Source of the DNA: Calcarisporiella thermophila CBS 279.70
Taxonomy: Eukaryota > Fungi > Calcarisporiellomycota
NCBI RefSeq assembly: GCF_041956535.1
Contig: NW_027192194.1
Coordinates: forward strand, 878,009-942,008
Length of the DNA: 64,000 nt
Direction of reading: 5' to 3'
Shown here: piece by piece, positions 12,759-25,396 of the stretch
Layout: every line of letters begins with the position of its first letter
How positions within the stretch are numbered: the first letter of the stretch is position 1
Notes under the pieces: generated by a model
Told to the model about the DNA's origin: nothing
The model's input: the letters and a program-made list of their open reading frames with translations, nothing else
The model's database searches: none
Made by a program: the position numbers and the translations under genes

Positions 12759-12830
12759 GCCGTTGTAGTATAATGGTTAGTACATCACGTTGTGGCCGTG
12801 ATGATCCCGGTTCGATTCCGGGCAACGGCA
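12759..12830 (+). tRNA. tRNA-His (GTG), intronless; G-1 not encoded
   Basis: Acceptor stem GCCGTTG/CAACGGC, anticodon arm TCACG-TTGTGGC-CGTGA, T arm CCCGG-TTCGATT-CCGGG. Confidence 0.97.
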
Positions 12831-12904
12831 TTGATGGTTCGATAATTAATATAAATTTTACTTAAAGAGAGTCAGATAATTGAGCGAGGGGCGGCTTAGT
12901 CTTG

Positions 12905-12930
12905 TCGCGTAAAAAACACGAAAATACGCG
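12905..12930. promoter_or_regulatory. Cluster of MCB/SCB-like cell-cycle boxes upstream of the Mbp1/Swi4-like gene
   Basis: TCGCGT (12905-10), CACGAAAA (12917-24) and ACGCG (12926-30). Confidence 0.45.
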
Positions 12931-13106
12931 CAATCTTTTAAATAAATCACTTCACTTTTCTTTATTTTCTTTTAAGTATTATCTTTTTATTGTGTGTTAA
13001 ATCAAGCTAAATTTTTCTTTGAAATTTTCATGTTTATGTAATATATTTTGCTGTTCTCCTCATTACAACTAATTCTTGTACTATACCTACTCATTCCTAC
13101 CAGAAA

Positions 13107-15813
13107 ATGTGCCGAATTTACTCGGCGGTTTATTCGGGAGTCCCTGTTTATGAAATGTCGTGTCGAGGCATTGCAGTAATGAGAAGGCGTGCTGACAACT
13201 ACCTGAACGCAACACAAATTCTCAAAGTTGCGGGAGTAGAAAAAGGGAGGAGAACAAAAATTTTGGAAAGAGAAGTTCATACCGGTCACCACGAAAAGGT
13301 GCAAGGGGGGTATGGCAAGTACCAAGGAACATGGTAGGTTGTTTTTCCCGACGCAGATGGACTTATGATTCCCATTGGTAATTATAATTTGCCTTTAAAT
13401 CAGGATTCCATTTGAAAGAGGTATAGAACTTGCAAAAAAATATGATGTTTTGGAGCTTGTGCTCCCCCTCCTCGATAGCTATCACTCCGGGGGAAATAAA
13501 GATCGCACGCCCACCAAAGAAGAGGCAAGACAAGCCCGTAGGCGAGAGTTATCTGACCAGCCTGCTGTTATAAGTATGTATGCAGATAAATTATATTCAA
13601 AAAGCTCGATATTTTGCTTTTTCTAAAAAATTTTTCTCGAAAAAAAGCGAGTCGTGCAAAGACCCCTTCTCCGATTAAGCGTTCATCCACATTCTATTTA
13701 CCCTCTTCCCCTGTTATCAATCCAAATTACGATATTGGCCTATCATCAGAGGTTGGTACACCTGGACCTCTATCGTCATCTGTCTACTACGATGTTGCCG
13801 AACACCCAACTAGCGACTCTGGGAGTGGTATAGATCAACGCGACCTATTGATGTCACTATTTCTGTCGGAGAATCCAAATCACTATGTTGAGCAATTTAC
13901 TTCGCCTGACCGTGTTACCACACTTGACCTAAATATGCATCTCGATGAGAAGAGGAACACAGCCCTGCATTGGGCATCATCACTTGGCAGAGCGGACATT
14001 GTAGAAACCCTTCTTAACTGTGGTGCTGACCCACATCGAGTGAATTTATCAGGAGAAACTCCCTTGATGCGAGCTATTTACCACCCCGGAAATGGCAACA
14101 ATAACACATTTCCAAAACTAGTTCGACTTCTTCGGGATACCATTCCAAGCGTAGATCTTAAAGGACGGACTATTTTCCATCACGTCGCCCTGATGGCTGG
14201 AGATAAAGATCGCGCGGAAGTAGCCAAATTCTACATGAGTTCTTTGTTAAATTATTTACTACAAGAAGCTCGAGATACACTAATACTGAATAAGCGCGAT
14301 AATAATGGAGACACAGCATTTACAATTTCGGCAGGTTTAAACGATCAAACGATTATGCACCAGCTCCTCAGCATCGGAGCAAATCCGACTAACAACGACA
14401 GTCACCCAATCCAACTTTCTGATTTGGAGCTTGATTTATCATCCACTCCTGCGCCTGTGGAGCTTGAAGTATGCCTCATCTATCATACTTCGACTCCTAT
14501 GATGAGCTAATTTAATTTTTTCAATACAGATTAATGATAATTCTTCAGAAGATGATGCCGCAACGATTTTAGACGGTAGTACCAGGCGTGGATCTCCTCG
14601 ATTTTATGACGTAGCTCTATCTCCACCCCGGATAATAGAAGGGAGCGAAATAGGCAACGATTCCCCTACTTTGAAGGCTGCGGAACGTAGTAAGGAAGCT
14701 TCAGCAGCGAAGCGTCTTGCTCTCGGTGCACCTGTGATCATTTCAGGGTCTATTTCAAAGCCTTCACCTTCCAGAATTTCGAACTCAGACCAAACCTATG
14801 ATAGCAGCAACATATTGGATACACCAGTTCCTGGGCGAATTCTTAAAAGAAAAAAAGACGTTAATGAATCAGATGGTATGAGATTTTTTTTTAATTGTGC
14901 AATTGTTTCTTGTAGTGGTTGAGCTTTTTATTGGTGAATAGTGTTCCAAAAGCTCATTGATTTGGCGACACAATGCAAACAAAGACTGGAGGAGGAGCGG
15001 TTGCGAATACAATCTGAGAAAGAACACGAGTTCATGCTTAAACTAGCAGATAGAGATCAGCGAATTACCGAGTTGGAAAAGCAAAATGCTGAACTACGGA
15101 AACAGCTGGCTGATATGAAAGGAAGTGAGGATCATGGTCGAGCACGGAAACGACCGAGGCGCGATCAAACTCCTGTGACGATTCGACCAAAACCAAATAA
15201 TAACGACGCAACTGCAAACTCTAGACGGCGTAGCCCATCTGCGTTATCGGTTGCATCTGCTGCATCATTCACATCGGCAGCATCGGATATTGGTAAAGAA
15301 AAACGTGCTGTAAGAGATAGTGGCTATGCTCCGAGCGAGTCTACTGAAGGAGAGATGGTAATTGAGGCGTCTGGTTGTGCTCCACTTACCAGTCATGATC
15401 ACTCGCTCCCCCAGGAGTTAACCTCAAATAATCACTCCCAACACAATAGTGAACAAGCTCAACAAAACGGAAATTCTCTGCAAGCGTTACAGGCTCATTT
15501 TGAAAATGAACTTGTGATGTTGGCAGAACGAACAGAGAATGGAGATATGCGTCCAGCTTTGTACGATAGCCTGATGGGAATTCCGATGGAACAGCTCGTG
15601 AACATACTCCCACAACTAGTTCAGGCATTAAGCGTGCCCGCACTCTCAGCCCATGCACCTGCTACACCCACATCAGCTCCAATTCTCCCCAAGACCCCAT
15701 CTAAATCCTCGCCTATTAAAACGACAACAAAATCTCCCACTAAATCACCCTCAAGATCTCGTGTGAAAGGCGCCTTACCAACTAGGTCGTCCCCTCGCAA
15801 GATAAGGCGGTGA
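13107..15813 (+). CDS. APSES/KilA-N plus ankyrin G1/S transcription factor (Mbp1/Swi4/Res1-like)
   Basis: [49 protein letters not shown]; ankyrin repeats [21 protein letters not shown] and GDTAF; coiled coil. Confidence 0.9.
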
Positions 15814-16205
15814 ATTCTTCAGCCTACACTCTCCTTCTCCCCTTTCTCTTTCATGCGTTTCCACTTTTGTAGCTACAATTATATCTAACTAGGTGACGTT
15901 TTTAATAGGCCTGGACCTATTTTGCATTGAAATCGCATTCCACTTCTTTCAACAATTAGATTTAGAAAGTGGTTTATAAAGTTTGATTTTATGGAAATTG
16001 CCTTTTTTTCTTCCTATACTTTCTTCCTGTTTTATTTACTCTTGCTTGTGTTTGTTCAATAGTAATATTTGTTTATATAAAATATATTATTTTTAAAAAC
16101 CGAAAGATATATATTTAAATATTTTAATATACGGTTTCTCTAGCCAATTATTATCAAATCATGCAATAATTGGCAATAATGGAAGCAAGAAAATAAAAAT
16201 AATTG

Positions 16206-19200
16206 CTACAGCCAAATTACACGTTTCAATCTATGCCTAACTCTCGCCATAAGGCTAGTGTATTTTTGCGCCTGTTCCAAACTTAAAACCAAAAAGGCTT
16301 GTTAGCATTCTTTTAGATTCGAAGGAAGTATACCTTATGTAAATATACCTTATGATTGCATCCTCTTTCACTCGAAGGCAGTTTCTAACTTTCTGGCAGG
16401 CTTCCACAATTGTCGCTGTGATCCGATCCACAGTCTGCTCTGCATTTTCTAGTGTAGTCAACACAGTATCCCCCGACTCTTGCTCGAATAAATTGTCTCG
16501 AATCATTTTAAAAGCTGAAAACTCTAAACTCTCCTGCTGTTGCACTTCGCGAGAGGTAGAAGCTTCCGATGAAAAGACCAAGGAAAGAGGGTTGGAAGCC
16601 GGGTTCAATTGCTCGTTTTGGATGCATCCCGAGTTTAAGCGCATCCGCTCTTGAATAGTATACGAGAGGATGAATCCATAATTTTCAAAGGGATCGATCG
16701 ATGCGGAATCAAATGTCGACAAGATGTATACCCCTTAAAACAAATAATGTTTATTGAGAGTCACCTACTGGTTGAAAGATAAACAAATTTACCCCTTTGA
16801 ATCTCGGTGATCCTCTCAAGCTCGATGCGCTGGAATCGAACAACTTTCTCAAGCTTATAGTGAAAAGTGCATATGTAAATTGCCTTCTGTGTTAAGAGCA
16901 ACACTTTCTCTTCGTAGGATTTGCTTCGGCTGTATAGATGATAATTTAATCAGCTAAATGCAAGTGAAATTTCAAAGCAACTTTCATACACTTGACACGG
17001 TTCAGTAGGTGAAAGCAAAGTCCAACCAGCAAGTAGTTTTTCCTCATCGTGAATTACAATCGAAGCACTTACATTAACTAATATAATTTAGAAAGTAGAT
17101 TTATAATAATGTCCAGTTGCAAACTCAAAGAATAGTTTCAACTACTTACTAGCATTTTCTCGAATTTTTGCCCATCGCAAACTTTCGCCTGGTTCTGCCG
17201 AATTAGCTTTTTCTTGTATTTGAAGTAGAATATCAATTTTGTGATGATTAAGCAAAAAATCGATGAGTGCCTGTCTCCAAAAATCTCTCACGATGTTATA
17301 ATACTTAGAAAATCCTTGAATGTCAATATATGTATCTTAACGCTGTGATTCACTGGTACCTTACCATTCGTGACAGTGAATTCGACGCGTCATTGAAAAT
17401 TCCTTGAAAATTCCGCCTTCCTGTTTTTTTTAATCAATAACATGTAATTTTGTCAGAAATAAATATGGTTTATATTTTACAATCGACCTACCGGTTCTAA
17501 TAAATAATCGCAATTCCATAAATATATGCCAATAGAAGCATTTTTTTTTGATGTCAGTAAAGCGAAAAAAAAAATAAAAGCTATGAACTATACCTAGTAA
17601 AATCCCCTTTCAACGCACTACTACTTGCATACTCGAGACTAATAGCATCCCCATTGTTAGCCCACACTAGAAGACATAGATATAGTATAAAGAATATAAA
17701 AATGCCCATGGTAATTAGATAATGTCGTTAATGCTTACTGTGGTTGAAGGTAATCTCAAAATCGTTAAAATAGGAAAGCCCTTTCTCTGGATATATTGCA
17801 ATTCCAAGCCGCATTAGCTGGATATTAAGGACAGTACGTGCTAGAGCACTCTGTACCACGTTTGTTCTATCAAGGCAGTCCATACAATTCTGCAATGGAA
17901 AAATTAGTAAAAATAGCCTCAATTAGTTTAAACAGTTTAAAATCAGTTTAAATATATACCGTCCTGAAAACACCAGTTTGTTCAGCAAATATCATGTCTG
18001 ATGGTCCAATCCAAAAATATCTAAGAGAAATGGTGGATTATAAATAAAGGAGGCCGTCCATTTAAAAGCAAAAATAAACGCCTAAAAATTACCCAGATCG
18101 ACTAAAACTGCTCTCCAACAGAGATATTAATTTCTGGACATTCTCGTATTTCATACCCTTGCATTCGGCATGAAAATCAAATTCAACATAGCTAATTGTA
18201 AAATATGATTCAATAATAAATACGCGTAGAAAAATTCAATAATTCACTCAACTGGTTTTGCGAATCTGACAGTCGTTTCATATATCGACGGTATTCACCG
18301 CCAATAATCTCCTCTTTTCCAGACTGCTCTACCAAATTAAGCACAGTGATACGGCCATAGCGCTCATTTATACTGTCAAAGTGTTTCCTTATCGCGGCAT
18401 AATTTTCATCTTCTGTGCGCTCAAGAATAGGTGTTGGTTTGAGACTAAAAGGAGATTGAGAGAAAAAAAGAGGGACTAGGGGCAGAGTCAGATTATGAAA
18501 AATGAATTCAATTGAGCAGATGTGATAGCATACTTGATCCTCGAATTTGTACAAAAGATGTCCAGTGCACCGCATCTTCTAGCTAACAATCAGGCATATA
18601 AAATCTAAGTAATAAATGCAGCCGCAGCCACGCTGAGAGTCTCACCTCAAAACAGACAATCTGTTCCGTTTCGACAAAATTTGCCACTTCTCCTTTAGCA
18701 TTGACACCTCTCCGCTGGAAACGTAACCCGGCTCTTTCACGACTTCGTCTCGAGATCAAAATAAGATTTAATGATTGATCTTCTAGCTTACATTCTCTAA
18801 TTTCTATATAGCCTTGCATGATAACAGTGATCCATTCGTGTAGCTATGAGGAACAGATTGGATTAAAAGTATATCTAGCTAGATAGGAGAAAAAATCTAC
18901 CCCAGCCTGAATGAAAGTGTCCATTAAGTGCTCGTTCCACCAAAATCTTTTGTCAGCCATTTGCCATAAGAAGAGCTGAGAAGTTTGTGATGCATTATTA
19001 TGTGAAACTTGAAGCGAGTGGGTAATATCTAGAGTTGAATTAGCGATCAATATTATGAAATGCAATGTCTAAATTACTCACCAAGTTCATTGGAGAAATA
19101 AAAGACACCATGACTGAAAAAGCTTTCAATATTTTTTACAATTTTTCTATCCAATACGCCCTGATAGCATTGTGTCTCGCTTAATTATATATATATTCGA

Positions 19201-20255
19201 TAACAATGACTTATACTAACCAGATCATCGCTGCCATCGTAATAATAATATGGTTTTTTTTCAGTCGAGCTAACGCGGTTTTCCTGATTTTCATCTTCAA
19301 CTCTCTCTTCCAGAATAGGTGGTTTTTCTTCGTGTTCCAGTGTAATTTCCATTTCCATATCAGACAGATCCGTTTCTTCATTTTCCGTATCTATCTCGAA
19401 CTCCGGTTGAATAGGAGAAATTGTCGAGGGAGTTTGTCCCTTGAAAGTTTTCCGGATAATTCGATTCAACAATTTCAACGGCTTAGTCGCAGGACGCTTA
19501 GAATGTTTGGGCAATGGTGAAGGCAGGTCAGTTTCGCTCGTGCTAGTGCTAATTCCGGACTGTTCATTAGTTGCAGCAAAACTTTCTGTCGAAGTTTCCG
19601 AAGATATTTTTCGCACAGATACAATAGAGGCATCAGATATGGGGTCGGAAACATCACTTGCTTCCGCATCATCGAAAAAATCATAGACTGCAACCTCAGT
19701 CAACTAAAATAAAACGCCAATATAAATTAGTATATTTTAAAAATCGATAACTGTAACGCCACCTTTCTCCCTAAAAGCGTGAGGCATCGGTTATAATCTA
19801 AAGGAATAGCAACTACTTTTGCGAGAGAAAAGATCTCCTTTCCCCCTATTTTTCCACATGACTTTCGTGAGGTAATGACAAGAAGATAAGAATCTGATAA
19901 TTTCAAAATTAATGGGACTATAATTAGCCTCATACATATGAAATAATTTACTCTTAAAAAGTTTGACAATCCCAACGATCCCGAAGATTTCATAACGCTT
20001 CGCATCTTTTGGCAGAGTACATTCATCTTGTTGGGAAAAAGAAGAAGAGAGGGTCAGTAATGAGCTGTGAAAAATTTGTGGAATTTTAAAAATGGATGCC
20101 CTACCTTTTTCTATAACCGTTGGGCCATCAAACAATATTTCAAGCACTTTTCGGCGATATGATTGAAGCTGTAGTATAATTGCATGTCGCTCTAGAAATA
20201 ATGTATAGTGCCGCTCTGTGTGTACACCTAATTGTGTATATATAGTAGCAGCCAT
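16206..20255 (-). CDS. SAC-domain phosphoinositide phosphatase with hSac2 C-terminal domain (Sac2/INPP5F-like)
   Basis: [37 protein letters not shown], catalytic [25 protein letters not shown]. Ends RLKRVIWL*. Start codon is a best guess. Confidence 0.88.
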
Positions 20256-20594
20256 GAAGCGGAATGAGTGATTTCCGTTGTAAGTAAAGAGGATTTGGCG
20301 ACGCGTGATAAAACGCACAGTCACGTACAGTTTAAGTTACACAACAGAGGAATGCGATCGGCCATCAGTAATGAAGAAAAGAGAAATGCTGAGCGGCAAA
20401 CCTTAGCTATGTTATAAAAGTCGACAAATCGTTTTTCTTTTCTTCTCTTTTTTTTTCCCTTTGTCGAAGCATTTTTATAATTCTCTTTCTATTATCTGCT
20501 CGTTTCCTCACACTCACATATTGTAGTAACTTATTCGCAAACTCTTTGAATTATATTCATTCTGAAATTACTTTAGTCCTAGTGTATTCTAAGA

Positions 20595-21903
20595 ATGGAC
20601 AATGTCAAATTATCCTGGCGCGCCTCCCAGGATGATAATCGACAATTCACGCTGGTTTTACAAGTAGACAACCAACCGCTATATCAGCAGGATTCCGAGC
20701 CCACACCCCTTCAACCCTGGGAGTCACCCAAAGAGGAGTATTCTCAGCTCCCCGCATATCAAGACAAAGACTTCGGTGTGAAAACAGAAAAGGTTGGCGT
20801 CTATTCTAATTAATTTATTAACACTGCATCAGTAATTATTAACTATGCCTACTTTTTTATCCCATCCAGGCAAATTTCCCACAAGACATGGATATATTTT
20901 CCTTCGATATGCCCTCTACACCCTCATCACTCTCTCTTGATGTCTCCATTCCAGAGATAACCACAACCATCCCAAACTCTTCTCTCCAAACCACGTCCAA
21001 CCTAAACACCAAACAAGAACCAAGAGCAGATAATGATTCAGGGTATGTGATTGCAGTGACTTGAGGCATATCTCTGCCAAAACTCTGATTTTGATTTTGA
21101 TATTTAACTGACCTCTGGAAAATAGAAAGAATATCGTCAAAGGAAGATGGAGCGATGAGGAGACGAACCTACTCCAAGATGCAATTGAGAGATATATAAA
21201 TCAACGCGATATCTCTGGCAACCCAATCCCAATCCCTTGGCATAAAATAGCCCAAAAAATACCACACCGAACCGCATCACAATGTCAATCACGTTGGGAG
21301 GAATCGCTCAACCCTACGGTCAGGAAAGGCAAATGGACAGACGAAGAAGATAGATTACTCATCGCCGGATACCACCGCTATGGAAAATGCTGGATTCGAG
21401 TAGCAGAAATGATCGGTGGACGCACACAAGTAAACACTTCCCCTTCCCCCTTAATCCATTTCTATTTTTTCTCTCCCACCAATTGATCACCGCTATGTTA
21501 TCTTTTTTATAAATAGAGACAGTGTCGCACCCGATGGCTGCAGATTCAGAACCGAATTAAACGAGACCACGAGAAGCGCCTAGACGTAATGCGCTCTGCT
21601 TCCCCTCCCAATCCACAGCCGCTCTCAACATCCCTTCCAACATCAGAGTCATACGAAATTTATCATTCAACCCCACTTCTGCGCCAACATACGTTCCCCT
21701 TCCGGGGATATATACCCTTCATGCACCACACGAATCAAGGCATTCCTTCGCCTCCTCAGAGCGCCACCTTTCAACAAATTGAATATTCAACCACTCCACC
21801 CTCCTCTTTTTCTTATAGTTTCCCTATGTTTTATGGCCGACAGGATGATACAGATATGCTCTCTCCGGCTTCTTCAACCGGTGTTGAGAGCCTTGGAGAA
21901 TGA
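20595..21903 (+). CDS. Myb-domain transcription factor (two tandem repeats)
   Basis: Spliced KGRWSDEETNLL..WHKIA..RTASQCQSRW..RKGKWTDEEDRLL..WIRVA..GRTQRQCRTRW. Confidence 0.85.
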
Positions 21904-23645
21904 GCAGGTACAGATATCGAACAATATCTTGGCATCTCACTAAAAAAATAGTTTGTATTTGAACACTTTTCTTTGATTGTTGAAAAATTGTGGTGTTTTT
22001 GCGGATTACTATTCCTATATAACCTTTTAAAAAACAAACATCTAGTCAAAACAAATAAAATTGAAAATAGATAATTGAAATCATTTATCAGAGTAATATA
22101 ACTCCACAAATCTTGTCCTTTCCACTGGATTAAATTGCCATAAAAGAGCCCAGCAATACAAACACAATGTTTCTAGCAATTCAATTATATTATGCAACGC
22201 GATGTGTTTGTTGTATAGGTGAAAATATTTGTAAGGAACAAAAAAAGTATGTTTGACTGGCCAGTTTAAAGGATGAACTCATTCCAATAATCGATCCGTC
22301 AATGGCTTTCGCATCGTACTGTTCGTATTCGATCTACCCGATCACTATTTAACAGGTTCTTCGCTTTAAATACTAGCTAATTGAAGCAACGCAAAATTTT
22401 TCTAAAATGCGTGCTTACGAATAACGGATATATTTCCAATCAATAATTCTGCACTCTGCATCTTGCTAAATATGCCGCAATAAGTATATGCTTGCTTCGT
22501 TGAGTAGAGCACGCGTTCACTTCTCAGCATAACTATCATTTTGATGCATTAATTTTCTCAAGAATATGCAATTCATGATGGATTCATCTTTACATTCACT
22601 TATTCTTTAGTGCATTTGGGCTAAGGCTGAAATTGCAGCGGGAAACGCACTAATATGAAACTAAATAGCATTATAGAGATAATTCTGAAATCTGTTAAAT
22701 TGCAAGAATATGAATTTTTTGGTAAGTGTTATCTAGCTTAATAGTGCCAATAAAATGGAGAGCTATACATGGTTTCAGAAATAATAGAAATATTATTTGA
22801 TCAAGCCCTAAAATGAGATAATACGTATAAAAGTTCTGTGTGAAAGTAAGTCTAGAAAGGATGTCTTAATGTATATCAAAAGTTGCGCGATGGATTTGTT
22901 TTGTTTATCCTACTGGGAATTTGGGCGGTTTTTATTGCTGTGATTACAATGCCAATACGATAATTTATTTTAGAAGGTCAAGTGGTTTATTCACCCCCTC
23001 CTTTTCTTTCGAAGCTTATCGGTTTCATACTCTCCATGTCGCACATAAGCAGATTATCAAACCATCGATGGGAGCGCAAGATTTTCTTCGAAATCTACAA
23101 GTTTCAATATTGTTGCTATTCGAGTAGATTTTTTCTAGATTCCTAGATCCAAGTTGATATCATTGAAGTCCTTTGTATATTAGCTAGATTTTGGTTTTGT
23201 TTTTAGAACCAGGGTCATAAGATATATGCTTGAATGTTTATAATGATGGGAAATATCTTGAGCAGTGCTATTAAGCATAGCCAAGCTGACTTCTCTTGAT
23301 ACGTTTTTTGTTAATGCCTTATTTTGACACTTTCAACAATTCGATGGTGGCAACAAGGATATCTCTCCGAGTTCGCCCGCAAAATTTTCACGCGTTCTAA
23401 TGCATCACCTAGACTTTCTAACCCCGGCCGTATCTTTTAAATTTCTCCAAACGCTTACATCTCTCGTTGCTTCTCTCCAAGTCTGCTCAAACTCGAACTA
23501 AACTATTTGTAAATAAAAAGGTAAATAATTGTGAGTGAGGCTAGGCTCTAGAATTTAAATTCAAAGAGCCCATTCTGAGACTCTTTTAGACATTCGAATT
23601 AATTCGCGGTTTCTTGATATTTTTTTAGTCAATTATCTAACAATC

Positions 23646-24746
23646 ATGGTTAAAGTCACCATCTGCGGAGCCGCTGGCGGTATCGGTCAGCCACTCAGTC
23701 TTCTCCTCAAGAACTGTGACCTGATCAGTCACCTTTCGCTCTATGATATTGTGAACACACCTGGCGTTGCCGCCGATCTTTCTCACATTAACAGTAAGGC
23801 TAAAGTCACCGGTCACATTGGCAACGATGCCCTCCCCGAAGCCGTGAAAGACTCTGATGTTGTTGTCATTCCCGCTGGTGTTCCGCGAAAACCCGGTATG
23901 ACTCGGGACGATCTGTTCAAGATCAATGCCGGAATTGTGCGAGATCTTGCGACTGCATGTGCTCAGCATTGTCCCAAAGCTTTTATGCTTATTATCTCCA
24001 ACCCAGTAAACTCGACAGTCCCGATCGTGGCCGAAGTATTCAAGAAGCACAATGTCTATGACCCCAGACGGTAAATTTTTAAACGTCTCGGAGTTTTGGA
24101 ATTCCTTTTAATACTATTTTTAACGAGCAGCATTTTTGGTGTTACTACTCTTGATGTGGTGCGCGCGTCCACCTTCGTTACCGAGGTCAACACTTCTCTC
24201 GATCCGCGCACCACGCGTGTTAATGTCATCGGCGGTCACTCCGGGGTTACCATCATCCCCATTCTGTCGCAAGTTGCCCAATTTTCGCAAGAGCAAACCG
24301 ACGCCCTTACCAACCGCATTCAGTTTGGTGGTGATGAGGTGGTTAAGGCGAAGGCGGGAGCTGGCTCGGCTACTTTATCGATGGCTTATGCCGGTGCCCG
24401 CTTCACAATTGCTGTGCTCGAGGCGGCTTTCGGTGGAAAGAAGGGCAATGTCGAATGCTCATATGTGGATTTGAATGCGGATCCACAAAATGGCGAGCCT
24501 GTGAAACAATTGAACGGAGGGCTGCCATATTTTGCCGTACCGGTTGAACTTGGAGTAGGTTTTGAAACTCTGATGGCTAAATGATGGCATAGTTAACCTG
24601 ATTTTTCATTTTGTTAGCCTAATGGCCTTGAAAAGATCCACTCCATTGGGCAGATTACTACTTATGAGAGACAGCTCATTGAAAAGGCCATCCCTGAGCT
24701 TAAAGGAAACATCGAAAAGGGTGTGTCTTTCGTCCAACAAAATTAA
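23646..24746 (+). CDS. MDH: NAD-dependent malate dehydrogenase, no mitochondrial presequence
   Basis: [41 protein letters not shown] and [10 protein letters not shown]. Three coding exons. Confidence 0.95.
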
Positions 24747-24992
24747 TTTTAAACCGTTTTTTATTTGATTACTTTTGAAGTATAAATATCAGTAAAGTCT
24801 GTTTATAAGGTGCAAAGAATTCAATTGAAAATAAATTAATAGCGGGCAAATCTCCATCGCAATGAAATATTGAAGACTCTCTTCAAATAATGTAAAAAGG
24901 GAGAAAATTGATTGGTTAGAAGTTTAAATTGGAAGTTGCGAATTTTACGAGTAATGCATAATGAAAAAATAGTAATATTAGGCGTACAAAGC

Positions 24993-25306
24993 TTACTAAG
25001 AGGGTTAATTGAGACATCAAATACCCCTTAAACTTTGATATGTGGACCCATCCAGTCACCTTAAGACAATTTGTTAGGCATATCGCCCTATAAAAAACGC
25101 GAAGTCTTGGAAGAAATATATTTAAAAGATTAACGCTCTTTGATTGTTTAGTAGAGTATCAATTCTAAACAATCAAGACCGCGCTCGATAACACCAAAGA
25201 TCCTGTTCTTACATGGATATACAATGAAACTCTTAAATTTTCGACTGGGTAATGAAAAATCGTCCGATGCAGCAGTGTGACTGCCAATTAGTTCAACCTT
25301 ACGTCA
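24993..25306. promoter_or_regulatory. Yap1-like (TTACTAA) and ATF/CRE-like (TTACGTCA) sites upstream of peroxiredoxin
   Basis: TTACTAA at 24993-24999 and TTACGTCA at 25299-25306. Confidence 0.35.
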
Positions 25307-25396
25307 CCCAGTAAGATAAATGCGATCCGAAAACATCCCTGCCAAAACTTCTCTTCTTTTTTTCTATTTGTTTCCAACGATAAAACACTCAAAGCA

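Noticed and set aside
23637-24050. Antisense ORFs over MDH, and similar ones over TSA1, CHS, RSP5, CRM1 and PMA1
   Set aside because: Shadow ORFs caused by codon bias in conserved genes; no independent motifs.
24555-24752. Cryptic peroxisomal targeting of MDH by read-through or intron retention
   Set aside because: The stop is TAA-TTT-TAA and the retained-intron form ends MAK; no PTS1.
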